DNA from: Squalus acanthias
Lineage: Eukaryota
Direction: 5' to 3'
DNA: 64,000 bases
Assembly: GCA_030390025.1 (NCBI GenBank)
Contig: CM059433.1
Location: 4,030,001-4,094,000 of the forward strand
This document shows positions 38,398 through 50,270 of this stretch, in pieces; position 1 is the first letter of the stretch, and the number at the start of each line of letters is the position of its first letter. The notes under the pieces are model-generated. The model saw only the letters and a program-made list of their open reading frames with translations. It did no database searches and was not told the origin of the DNA. Both the position numbers and the translations under genes were made by a program.

Positions 38398-40412
38398 TTT
38401 TTTTTAATTAGTTTATGGGATGTGGACGTCACTGGCAAGGCAAGCATTTATTACGCATCCCTAACTGACCTTGAAAAGTTGGTGGTGAGCTGCCTTCTTG
38501 AACCGCTGCAGTCCGTGTGGTGAAGGTACTCCCACAGTGCTGTTAGGGAGGGAGTTCCAGGATTTTGACCCAGTGACGATGAAAGATCGGTGATATACTT
38601 CTAATCAGGATGGTGTGTGACTTGGAGGAGAACTTGGAGGTGGTGGTGTTCCCATGCGCCTGCTGCCCTTCTTCTTCTAGGTGAAAGAGGTCGCAGGTTT
38701 GGGAGGTGCTGCCGAAGGAGCCTTGGCGAGTTGCTGCAGTGCATCTTGTAGATGGTACACACTGCAGCCACGGTACGCTGGTGGTGGAGGGAGTGAATGT
38801 TTAAGGTGGTGGATGGGGTGCAAATCAAGCAGGCTGTTTTGTCTTGGATGGTGTCGAGCTTCTTGAGTGTTGTTGGAGCTGCACTCATCCAGGCAAGCAG
38901 AGAGTATTCCATCACACTCCTTCCTTGTGCCTTGTAGATGGTGGAAAGGGTTTGGGGAGTCAGGAGGTGAGACACTCGCTGCAGAATACCTAGCCTCTGA
39001 CCTGCTCTTGTTGCTACAGTATTTATGTGGCTGGTCCAGTTAAGTTTCTGGTCAATGGTGACCCCCAGGATGTTGATGGAGGGGGATTCAGCGATGGTAA
39101 TGCCGTTGAATGTCAAGGGGTGGAGGTTAGACTCTCGCTTGTTGGAGATAGTTATTGCCTGGCACTTGTGTGGTGCGAATGTTACATGCCACTTATCAGC
39201 CCAAGCCTCAACGTTGTCCAGGTCTTGTTGCATGCAGGCATATATTGCTTCATTATCTGAGGAATTGTGAATGGCACTGAACACTGTGCAGTCATCAGCA
39301 AACATCCCCATTTCTGACCTTATGTTGGAGGCAAGGTCATTGATGAAGCAGCTGAAGATGTTTGGGCCTTGCGCTGACATTTAGCATGGTGGTAGTGCCA
39401 CACAACACAATGGGTGTCCTCAGTGTGAAGATGGGACTTCGTCTCCACAATGACTGTGTGGTGGTCACTGCTACCAATAGTGTCATGGAAAGATGCATCT
39501 GCGACAGGTAGATTGGTGAGGATGAGATCAAGTAGGCTTTTCCCTTGTGTTGGTTCTCTCACCACCTGTTGCAGGCCCAGTCTGGCAGCTATGTCCTTCA
39601 GGACTCGACCAGCTCGATCAGTAGTGGTGCTACCGAGCAACTTTTGGTGATGGACATTGAAGACCCCCACCCAGAGTACATTCTGTGCCCTTGCTACTCT
39701 CAGTGCTTCTTCCAAGTGGCGTTCAACATAGAGGAGTACTGATTCATCAGCTGAGGGAGGGCGGTAGGTGGTAATCAGCAGGAGGTTTCCTTGCCCATGC
39801 TTGACCTGAAGCCATGAGACGTCATAGGGTCCGGAGTCAATGTTGAGGACTCCCAGGGCCACTCCTTCCGACTGTATACCACTGTGCCGCCACCCCTGGT
39901 GGGTCTGTTCCGCCGGTGAGACAGGACATATGCAGAGATGGTGATGGAGGAGTTTGGGACATTGCTGAAAGGTATGATTCTGTGAGTATGACTGTGTCAG
40001 GCTGTTGGACAGCTCTCCCAATTTTGGCACAAGTGAGGAGGACTTTGCAGGGTTGACTGGGCTGGGTGTGCCATTGCCGTGTCCATAGCCGGTGCCGAGG
40101 TCGATGCAGGGTGGTCTGTCCAGTTTTATTCTTATTATTGTGTTTCGTTGCGGTTTGTTACAACTGAGTGGCTCGCTGGGCCATTTCAGAGGGCAGTTAA
40201 GAGTCAACCACATTGCTGTGGGTCTCGAGTCACATATGGGTAAGGATGGGCAGGTTTTTACGACAATCTGATAGTTTCATGATACTAGCTTTTTATTTCA
40301 GATTTATTTAATTAACTGAATTTAAATTTCTGGGATTTGAACTCACGTCTCTGGATCATTCATCCAGGCTTCTGGATTATTAGCCCAGTAACATCACCAC
40401 TATGCTCCCATT
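38398..40412 (-). mobile_element. CR1/L2-group LINE with AP endonuclease and RT C-terminus, internal deletion and tRNA-like head
   Basis: Endonuclease motifs (TTYRPP, GVFNVHH, LDLILTN, SDH) join directly to GPNIFSCFINDL..FADD; B box GAGTTCAAATCC at 40333-40344 (minus). Confidence 0.85.
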
Positions 40413-41727
40413 CCCTGGTAACAGGCGGTGCTTCAAAGTCATTTTGATAAGGCTCTATATAAATTCAAGGTCTATTATTATTTAGCCAAGCGATAGAATT
40501 GACAGTATCTGCAGACAGGCTGCGTTGCCCCACCCTCTCGACAGAACAGAAAACAATGGTTGTGAAATGCTAAACAGGAGGAAATGGGGAGCAATTAAAA
40601 ATCCAAACAACAAAGCAAATTGGTAGGTTTTCTGATTTTAGGATTTAACAACCTAGACTTTTCGATCAACGTTGATATAACAGCAGAAAATCTAGCCCAA
40701 ACTGATTAAACCCAATAAATAACCCCAAAATATCTATATGTTATTAACAATATGAATCTGTCATCCTTCCGAAGTCTGACATCAACAGTTCCTTTGGTTT
40801 TTTTCTCAATATTAATTTTACCCATACCTGCCGTGATGCCTGTTCTGTTATGCTTGCTCATCCTTCCTCCTCTCCTCCCTCCCTTTTTTTCCTCCCATTC
40901 TTCCCCCCTTCCCCTTCTCCCTCTCTCCCCTCCCCCTTGTTCCTCCCCATCCATTCTCACATACAGGTAACCCTGCCTTGGCACTGACGCTGACTATCCT
41001 TCACAAAAATGGACTAATGATCAAGAAGTGAGAATTTCTCAATTGTATTTTTAAATAGAATTAGGAATTCTACACACAAAGCAATTTGGATTAAATGTGG
41101 AAGTAATTCCAAAGGCATTCATGCCTACTGTTACCAGGTAAAGCTTCAGCTAACGCTGTAAAGTGATGTGATTGGCCTTTGCTTAATTATTGTGCCATTT
41201 TCCCTTGACTTTTACTATAACTATGTGTGTCTTATTACCCACTGTTATTTACTGCTCATCTCAGCAATTAGTTGAAACTATCTCTACCCCAACCTCCACC
41301 TATAACATTTAAATTCATCTCTTTCACAATTTACACTTCCCAAGAAACCTTTCTTGGCTGATGCTGTACATTTTATCTATTTTTATGGTTGGCCTTAGGC
41401 AGTTAGGCTTCCTGTCATAAAATATACTCCTTTTTACTGGGTTTGGATTCTATAGACAAAGGTAGTGAAACCTCGACTTACAATCAATAAGTGAGCAATC
41501 AAAGTCACCATTTCCCCCAGAGTGAGGAGCAGTGGATTTACCTCAGGTGGAAATGGCAGAAAATCTGCCATTGCACAAAGTTTAAATGTTCCCTTTGAGG
41601 GTATAATTGTCAGATTTAAATGAAATATTCCTGCGGATTGATAACTGAAATGAGTAAGTGTGCAGTGGTTGGGTCGGCTGGTCATGCAGTAAGCGTTGCT
41701 TTTGTAGTTGCAGTTAGTGGTGTCTGA

Positions 41728-42158
41728 TTTATTTTATTCATTAACGAGATGTGAGCGTCGCTGGCAAGGCCAGCATTTATTGCCCATCCCTAATTGCCCT
41801 TGAGAAGGTGGTGGTGAGCCGCCTTCTTGAACCGCTGCAGTCCATGTGGTGAAGGTACTCCCACAGTGCTGTTAGGGAGGGAGTTCCAGGATTTTGACCC
41901 AGCGACGATGAAGGATCGGCCGATATACTTCCAAGGCAGGATGGGGTGTGACTTGGAGGGGAACTTGGAGGTGGTGGTGTGCCCATGCACCTGCTGCCCT
42001 TGTCCTTCTAGGTGGAAGAGGTCGCGGGTTTGGGAGGTGCTGCCGAAGAAGCCTTGGCGAGTTGCTGCAGTGCATCTTGTAGATGGTACACACTGCAGCC
42101 ACGGTACGCCGGTGGTGGAGGGAGTGAGTGTTTAAGGTGCTGATGGGGTGCCATTCAA
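41728..42158 (-). mobile_element. CR1/L2-group LINE 3' fragment
   Basis: Same family as 38398. Confidence 0.88.
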
Positions 42159-42284
42159 GCATTAATTCTTTCATTGCAGTCCTGTTCTGCAAGGATAGGA
42201 TTTCCAACAGAATTTCTCAGAGAAATTAGTTACCACATCAAGATTAAATCAGCTTTGATTGGCTTTATTTTCACCAGATGTACT

Positions 42285-42928
42285 GGCATGTTGGCCTTTA
42301 TTGCAAGGGGTTGGAGTACAGAGTAAGTAAGTCTTGCTACAATTTTACAGGGCTTTGGTGAGACCCCACCTGGAGTACCGTGCACAGTTTTGGTCTCCGT
42401 ATCTGAGAAAGGATATACATGCCTTGGAGGCAGTGCAACGAAGGTTCACTAGATTGATCCCTGGGATGAGAGGGTTGTCCTATGAGGAGAGATTGAGTAG
42501 ATTGGGCCTATACTTTCTGGAGTTTAGAAGAATGAGAGGTCATCTCATTGAAACATATAAGATATATAAGATTCTGAGGGGGATTGACAGGGTAGATGCT
42601 GAGAGGCTGTTTCCCCTGGCTGGAGTGTCTAGAACTAGGGGTCACAGTCTCAGGATACGGGGTCGGCCACTTAAGACTGAGATGAGGAGGAATTTCTTCA
42701 CTCAGAGGGTTGTGAATCTTTGGAATTCTCTACCTCAGAAGGCTGTGGATGCTGAGTCATTGAGTATATTCAAGGCTGAGATAAATAGATTTTTTGGACT
42801 CTAGGGGAATCAAGGGATATGGGGATTGGGCGGGAAAGTGGAGTTGAGGTCGAAGATCTTATTGAATAGCGGGGCAGGCTCGAGGGGCCGTGTGGCCTAC
42901 TCCTGCTCCTAATTCTTATGTTTCTTAA
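42285..42928 (+). mobile_element. CR1 LINE 3' fragment
   Basis: ORF 42334..42804. Confidence 0.92.
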
Positions 42929-44139
42929 GAACAGGAATATATTGAGTTTCCTTGTTGAGAACCTTTTCTGTGACGTGCTGCCTGACTGACTGACCTAACA
43001 CCTTTTCTCTGACCTGACACCCCATTGAATAGCCTATTTCCTATTCCAAATCTTGGTGTCGCTCACTACTCTAGGACACCTGCCATTATGAGGTTATTAC
43101 TAATCATAATACAGCTATTGCTGGTGGGGTGATCCCAGCCCAGGTGCCCACTACCAGCAGTCCCTCACTGACACTTGAAAATTAAATAGCTGGAAATCAT
43201 AAAATGATCTATTTAAGATGGAGTCATTGATTACAATCCATGTAAAGCTGAGCCTTAGATTTAGACAATGATTTAAATGGATTTAATTCAGCGAGTGCCC
43301 AAAACATCTGATTTTTGAAACAGTCATGAATAGGAATTTAAAATGGCCATTTAGCCCAAGTCCACCCCTTTTGGATTGATCTCAGCCCAACATTTCTGCC
43401 TTCTCACCATAACCCTCAATCCCGTATTACTACAGTAATATATGGGGGGGAATGTTAACCCCCAGGGCGAGCACCTGTGTCCAAACAGTTCATGGTTCAG
43501 AACTCTCGGCATGGAATTGAAGGGCTTTCTCCAGCTCATATGTGAGATCGAGGATCAAGCCTTGAAATGGATTTGTGGCAAAAAAGGGGGAGTGATTACA
43601 GGGCGGAAGAGCCCTGGCCTACGCTGATCTCTCACTTTGTACTCTGCAGGGGTAATCTGAGAACACCTATTTGCTCAGGTTCCCACAAAAGAACATTGAT
43701 TAAAAGCAGTTGGTGTTGAGTAAGCCTGGTATATGGCATTCAACTTTGACACCCAGAAAATTAAGGTGGCTGACACGACACAAGTTCCTCTCTGTAGGCC
43801 CTTCAAGTATGGCAGAAGCAGATGTTCGTCGTACAGCTGATGAGGAAACTCTGAGTCTCGGGGTGACTGATAGAAAGTGTCAGGTATGAGAGCACACACT
43901 CGTATATCCAATGCTTGGTACCAACCAGATCAGTAAACAGCTGCTGCTCCACAACTGCAACTGGTGGAAGCATCATTCTATGATGTGGATCCTGCTGTGG
44001 TCAGGAGGATGGTGGCAATGCATTTACACATTTTATACTGAGTTGTGCAGCTCACCATCCAGGAGCGCTCAAATGTACGCTTGTTAATCATCTAATGACC
44101 TGCAACTGGTCACTGTCCTCCTTGTGGAGGGGTGGGTAG

Positions 44140-45005
44140 GAAAGAAAGACTTGCATTTACATAGCGCCTTTCACGACCTCAGGACATCCCAATGCACTTT
44201 ACAGCCAATGAAGAACTTTTGGAGTGGAGTCACTGTTGTAATGTGGGAAACGCGGCAGCCAATTTGCGCACAGCAAGCTCCCACAAACGGCAATGTGATA
44301 ATGACCAGATAATCTGTTTTTGTTATGTTGGTTGAGGGATAAATATTGGCCAGAACACCGGAGAGAACTCCCCTGCTCTTCTTCAAAATAGTGGTTGTGG
44401 GATCTTTTACGTCCACCTGAGAGAGCAGACAGGGCCTCGGTTTAACGTCTCATCCTAAAGACGCCACCTCCGACAGTGCGGCACTCCCTCAGCACTGCAC
44501 TGGAGTGTCAGCCTAGCTTTATGTACTCAAGTCCCTGGAGTGGGGACTGTGAACCCACAACCTTCTGACTCATAGAAACATAGAAACATAGAATCTAGGA
44601 GCAGGAGTAGGCCATTCAGCCCGTCGAGCCTGCTCCACCATTCAATACGATCATGGCTGATCATCCAAATCCAGTACCCTGTCCCTACTTTAATCCCCAC
44701 AGTACACATATCCCATCCTATCCCCATAACCCCACATATTTAATCCCCCCCTAACACTAAGGGTCAATTTTATCATAGCCAAATCAACCTAACCCGCACA
44801 TTTTTGGACTGTGGGAGGAAACCGGAGCACCCGGAGGAAACCCACGCAGACACGGGGAGAATGTGCAAACTCCACACAGACAGTCACCCGAGGTCAGATT
44901 CGAACCCGGGTCTCTGGCGCTGTGAGGCACCAGTGCTAACCACTATGCCACCGTGCTGCCCCTCAGAGGCTCAGAGGCGAGTGTGCTACCCACTGAGCCA
45001 CAGCT
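44140..45005 (-). mobile_element. DeuSINE-type SINE interrupted in its tRNA head
   Basis: Body 44140-44571; head resumes at ~44963-45005. Confidence 0.78.
44572..44962 (-). mobile_element. HE1-type V-SINE with CR1/HER1-derived tail
   Basis: tRNA head ggcagcacggtggcatagtggttagcac..gggttcgaat; V-domain gtttgcacattctccccgtgtctgcgtgggtttcctcc; CR1-like tail with (TTTCTATG)n. Confidence 0.82.
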
Positions 45006-45314
45006 GACACTAGGAGGTAAATAGGGTATCTTTGAAGTCAAAGTGTTTGATGTAAAAGATCCCATGGCACCATTTGAAGAAGAGCTGGGAAATTTCCCAA
45101 TGTCCCTCAACCAACACCAGCAAAAACAAAACAGAGTTACTGGTCATTCATCTAATATGTTGCTTGTAGGGTCGCTCTGTGTGCAAATTGGCTGTCATGT
45201 TTGTCTATGTGACAACATTCCAAAATAATTTATTGGTGGTAAAACATTTCTTTCATATTATTCCACTAGTACCTCAGGATATCCTCAAGACAGGACAGGC
45301 ACTACATAAATGAA

Positions 45315-45524
45315 ATAACAACAGAAAACGCTGGAAAAACTCAGCAGGCCAGGCAGCATCCGTGGAGAGAGAAACAGAGTTAACGTTTCAGGTCGAAGAC
45401 CTTTCGTCAGACCTGAAACCTGAAACGTTAACTCTGTTTCTCTCTCCACGGATGCTGCCTGGCCTGCTGAGTTTTTCCAGCATTTTCTGTTGTTATTTCG
45501 GATTTCCAGCATCCGCAGTATTTT
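45315..45524 (+). mobile_element. Minimal hairpin PLE family B insertion
   Basis: Inverted arm 45315-~45412 (hammerhead on minus strand ~45378-45412) plus direct arm with tail; 14-bp TSD ACTACATAAATGAA at 45301-45314 and 45525-45538. Confidence 0.88.
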
Positions 45525-45994
45525 ACTACATAAATGAAGTTCTTTTATTAACCGTTATAACAGTGCGCAGTAGAATCATTCTGCCCTTTAGAATATGAAA
45601 GATTAACCAATGACAAAGACGTAGGGCCTGCCCTGGTTCAATACTTAATCTCTTGTAACACCTGTGTAAATATACCGTGCAGAACAAATGCAGAATCTAT
45701 GAACGTTAATTTGCAAGGTTATTGACAATGTTTTTGAGGTTACACCATGTGGTTCATCTTTGTTTCATTTACAGTAATATGACCTATTCTTTTCCCTCGT
45801 TTGCCTATAACCTCATTTGTATGCATATTGGTCACATCCTGAGCAGCAACAGTATAAAAACTTTTCTTTCATATTATTCCACTAGTACCTTAGATAGTTT
45901 GATCTGCTCAATAATGCTTCGATTCAGCTGTGATGAGTATCTTTGAGCAGTCTGGTATACAGCTGTTAGTTAAGACGAAATACAACAGCCTGGA

Positions 45995-46300
45995 GCTGCC
46001 ATTATTTGGATGAGACTTTAAGCCGAGGCTCCATTTGTCTGTTAAGGTGAAAGTAAAAGATCCTGTGGCACTATTGAAAGAAGAGCACGGAGTTCTGCTG
46101 GTGTCCTGGTCAATATTCACCCGTCAACCAACACCGCCAAAACAGATTAACTGGTCATTTATCTAATTTTGTGTGTGTGGGACCTTGCTGTGTGCAGAAC
46201 ACAGTGACCACATTTCAAAATTGGCTGAAAAGTGCTTTGGGATGTCCTGAGGATAGGAAAGGCGCCATATTAATACAAGTCCTTGCTTCCTTCCTTCCTT
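45995..46300 (+). mobile_element. Degenerate DeuSINE-type SINE
   Basis: ggatgagac..aagccgagg..aaaagatcc..tgctttgggatgtcctgag. Confidence 0.6.
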
Positions 46301-46797
46301 TCTTCGTCCCTCCCTCTCTCCATATTTCTTGGATGAGCCAAGCACTCTTCCCAGCTGGACTGGTGTTTCCGCAGCGACATTTTCCTGGTCAGTGTTTGCA
46401 CCCTCCGCTGCTCTTGGTTACAGGGTGGCCTTCATCTCTCCGGCAGTTAGGCCTCTTTGTACTGCCAAGCTGTAGAACAGCGAATGACAATGATCTTGGA
46501 GACTTTGGCGGTACCTGCTCAATATCTGCATGGGCCTTGTTGCATTCTGGCTCTGTTGCGTGGTTACCATCAGGATATCGTCAGCTAGGCTTGAGCAGAA
46601 CAGCCGTGGTCTCTGAGGAATCATTCTTCCGCTCTGCCTTTGCCTTCAAATAAGCAGGGCACAGATAATTGCGTTAAAATGTTGGAATTTAGTCTGCTGT
46701 CTGGGAAGCAAGCATCGATCTGCATTATTTGATGTTGGTGGCCACTGACCAGCTGTACATTTAAAGAATAGATCCCCTGTCTGTTAGTGTAGGACAT

Positions 46798-47234
46798 AAA
46801 TGAGAAGTCGCACAACACCAGGTTATAGTCCAACAGTTTTATTTGAAATCACGAGCTTTCGGAGCGCTGCTCCTTCGTCAGGTACAGTGAGGGAATATGA
46901 ATCAGCAAAGCATATATAGACAGAGAACAATGTGTTTCTGACTGCCCTCCATCACACCTCAGCAGAGATACAATCAGTCAGGAAGGCATTACATCAAAGA
47001 CACAGCTGATGGACCTGACTGATTTTATCTCTGCCGAGGTGTGATGGAGGGCAGTCAGAAACACATTGTTCTCTGTCTATATATGCTTTGCTGATTTGTA
47101 TTCCCTCACTTTACCTGACGAAGGAGCAGCGCTCCGAAAGCTCGTGATTTCAAATAAAACTGTTGGACTATAACCTGGTGTTGTGCGACTTCTCATTTTT
47201 GTCCACCCCAGTCCAACACCGGCATCTCCGCATC
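46798..47234 (+). mobile_element. Short hairpin PLE family A insertion (non-coding)
   Basis: ~185-bp inverted arms; 12-bp TSD AGTGTAGGACAT at 46786-46797 and 47235-47246; hammerheads at 46849-46885 (-) and 47111-47147 (+). Confidence 0.9.
47111..47147 (+). ncRNA. Minimal hammerhead ribozyme (PLE family A)
   Basis: TTAC-CTGACGA-a-GGAGC-agc-GCTCC-GAAA-GC-TC-GTGA (cleavage triplet CUC). Confidence 0.8.
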
Positions 47235-47507
47235 AGTGTAGGACATGACATTGAACCTAGGGACTCGGATGGTGCGTGGGCGTTATCAGTGACCCCTGTG
47301 CTTTGAGAAATCCAGTTGTGCAGTGAAATTGGAGAAACTTGTCATGCTGTTGTTGCTGTTGAGTGAGAAAGGAGATGCAAGTCCTGTCCCTGCTGAGAAA
47401 TGCATCAGTCACATGTTTGATATGTCTGCAAATTGGCTGGTACTGCTGATGTCGCCCACGCTAGCCTGAAAGGAGCCAGAAAAATAACAATTGAGGGCAG
47501 TAGTGTC

Positions 47508-47908
47508 TTTGAATATTTTTACGGCAGAGGTAGATAGATTCTTGATAAGCAAGGGGGTGAAAGGTTATCGGGGGTAGGCGGGAATGTGGAGTAATCAGAC
47601 CAGCCATGATCTCATTGAATGGCGGGGCAGGCTCGAAGAGCCGAGTGGCCGACTCCTGCTCCTAATTCGTATGTATATTGGTTCACCATTGTCAATCATA
47701 CATAGTGTGAAGATCCCACTAAGTACCAGATAGCATGGGCTTCAACTTCCTAACAAAACTCCAAACACCGTTATGGTCACAGAATGGGGAGAGAGCAGGA
47801 ATATGGTATTGAGATAGAGGATCAGCCATGATCATATTGAATGGTGGAGCAGGCTCAAAGGGCCAAATGGCCAACTCCTTCTCCTATTTTTCTATATTTC
47901 TATGTTTC
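47508..47908 (+). mobile_element. Two CR1 3' ends (47508-47676, ~47780-47908)
   Basis: cagccatgatc..attgaatgg..gcaggctc tails. Confidence 0.75.
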
Positions 47909-47910
47909 TG

Positions 47911-48271
47911 GTGACGCTGACTGTCACTGGTAGTGTCGGCCCCATGGTGGCGGATGGCTGATTGAGGGCAGTAGTGACATTGACTGTCACTGGTAGTGTC
48001 GGCCCCATGGTAGCGGATGGCTGATTGAGGGCAGTAGTCACGTTGACTGTCACTAGTAGTGTCGGCCCCATGGTGGAGGATGGCTGATTGAGGGCAGTAG
48101 TCACGTTGACTGTCACTAGTAGTGTCGGCCCCATGGTGGAGGATGGCTGATTGAGGGCAGTAGTCACGTTGACTGTCACTAGTAGTGTCGGCCCCATGGT
48201 GGAGGATGGCTGATTGAGGGCAGTAGTCACGTTGACTGTCACTAGTAGTGTCGGCCCCATGGTGGCGGATG
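47911..48271. repeat. 63-bp minisatellite, ~5.7 copies
   Basis: Period 63; minus frame reads (QPSSTMGPTLLVTVNVTTALN)n. Confidence 0.95.
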
Positions 48272-49054
48272 GTGCACAGTCTCCGCTGTAACTGGGTTTG
48301 TGCTGAGCTTGAGCCTGTGGAGGCACTTTTCCTCTATCATTGCTGGAGAGCTGTGCATGGGCTTGTAAGGTGGATGGCATAATGAGTGCAGCCAATCTAC
48401 CTCTGGCGCTATCTGATATTCCTGGCATACCTTTTTTTTGTTCTTCTTCATTTTCTTCAATGAAATGCAGTTAGAGGTGAGCACTGAAAGCAATCCCCAT
48501 AGCCTGCAAAAGAAGGGCAGCTAAAAGAAATGAAGAATTCAGCTTTAAGGGGTCCCTCGCCAACATATCAGATTGTGATTGGCCTTTAGGGGTTGAATTT
48601 CTGTAAGGTTTCGCCCAATCAGCTGCCATGAAAATAGCATTTACACCATTTCTCCGGAGCTTCCGCGGATCTTCCACCGAAATTACGGTGGCTGATAGGA
48701 AAATCACCCAGGCAGTTAATGGCGTTAATGCCGTATTAAAATGGGCAAGGCCCACGGTGGTGCAAGAATTTCGTGAAAAATCACATTAACGCCTGCTTCG
48801 TGTGGGACTTAAATATGTAATGGATCTTCCACACACACAGCGCGCACAGCCTGCGGGCAACCAGGTCAAGAAACTGTCACAAAGTGTGGAACAAAAAGAA
48901 AGGGGGCGAGTTCCCAAACTCACAATTTTCCAGCCTCCACTCACACAATTTTGCTGGCAAGAATCTCCAGGCCGATGTTCTTACTGTTCATTGACATACC
49001 CTGTATGGAGGAATACCATCCTACACATGTATTCTATACATTCGAGCCTTCTAA

Positions 49055-49508
49055 TAAAAGAAAGAAAGACTTGCATTTATATGGCGCCTTTCACGACCAC
49101 CGGACGTCTCAAAGCGCTTTACAGCCAATGAAGTGCTTTTTGAAGTGTAGTCACTGTTGTAATGTGGGAAACACGGCAGCCAATTTGCGCACAGCAAGCT
49201 CCCACAGACAGCAATGTGACAATGATCAGATAATCTGCTTTGGTTATGTTGGTTGAGGGATAAATATTGGCCCAGGACACCAGGGAGAACTCCACTGCTC
49301 ATCTTCAAAATAGTGCCATGGGATCTTTTACGTCCACCTGAAAGGGTAAATAGGGCCTCGGTTTAACGTCTCATCCAGAAAGACAGCACAGCACTCCACT
49401 GGAGTGTCAGCCTAGCTTTTATTTAATGTGCTCAAGTCCCTGGAGTGGGACTTGAACCCTACAACCTTCATGACTCAGAGGCAAGTGTGCTACCCACTGA
49501 GCCACAGC
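49055..49508 (-). mobile_element. Near full-length DeuSINE-type SINE
   Basis: Head gctgtggctcagtgggtagcac, B box, body and tail. Confidence 0.8.
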
Positions 49509-49739
49509 ACTATGTACTTTTTAGATTCATTTAATTAAAGCAATGTAAGGGTTCTCCCTGAAACTATTATTGGTTTAAGGACAGCACCACCCTGGCTTAA
49601 CTGGTCGATCAAATGAAAGGCCAGTTATAAATAAATTAAAGCTTTTATCCACTTTAGGCAAAGCTATAGCTATCAAAAATTACATACAGTTTACTTTAGC
49701 TTCTGGGGATATGTGTAGGGGAGTTTGGGGGAAGGAGTC

Positions 49740-50270
49740 TATTTTTTTCTTATTCGTTTATGGGATGTGGGCGTCGCTGGCAAGGCCAGCATTTATTGCC
49801 CATCCTTAATTGCCCTTGAGAAGGTGGTGGTGAGCCGCCTTCTTGAACCGCTGCAGTCCGTGTGGTGAAGGTACTCCCACAGTGCTGTTAGGGAGGGAGT
49901 TTCAGGATTTTGACCCAGCGACGATGAAGGATCGGCGATATACTTCCAAGTCAGCATGGTGTGTGACTTGGAGGGGAACTTGGAGGTGGTGGTGTTCCCC
50001 TGCGCCTGCTGCCCTTGTCCTTCTAGGTGGAAGAGGTCGCAGGTTTGGGAGGTGCTGCCGAAGAAGCCTTGGCGAGTTGCTGCAGTGCATCTTGTAGATG
50101 GTACACACTGCAGCCACGGTTCGCCGGTGGCGGAGGGAGTGAATGTTTAAGGTGGTGGATGGGGTGCCAATCAAGCGGGCTGCTTTGCTCTGGATGGTGT
50201 CGAGCTTCTTGAGTGTTGTTGGAGCTGCACTCATCCAGGTAAGTGGAGAGTATTCCATCACACTCCTGAC
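49740..50270 (-). mobile_element. CR1/L2-group LINE 3' fragment
   Basis: ORF 49902..50261. Confidence 0.88.

Larger units (their letters stand above)
46330..48973 (-). pseudogene. Fragmented Harbinger (HARBI1-like DDE) transposase within a decayed element
   Basis: Ordered pieces: EEKCLHRLK; LPVTVNVTTALN; TTALNCYFSGSFQASVGDIS; GFLKAQG; YTNRQGIYSLNVQLV..IDACFPDS..NILTQ; TIR-like GGCCTGGAGATTC ending at 48973. Confidence 0.72.

Noticed and set aside
37600..40870. Possible small minus-strand exons (~37780-37805, ~37986-38010, ~40827-40860)
   Set aside because: Only splice-like motifs with no recognisable peptide; chance occurrence is likely
44880..45005. tRNA genes
   Set aside because: A/B boxes belong to SINE heads followed by SINE bodies; no complete cloverleaf seen
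47892..48428. Mucin-like repeat protein or CRISPR-like array
   Set aside because: Contiguous 63-bp tandem units without spacers, derived from a Harbinger transposase
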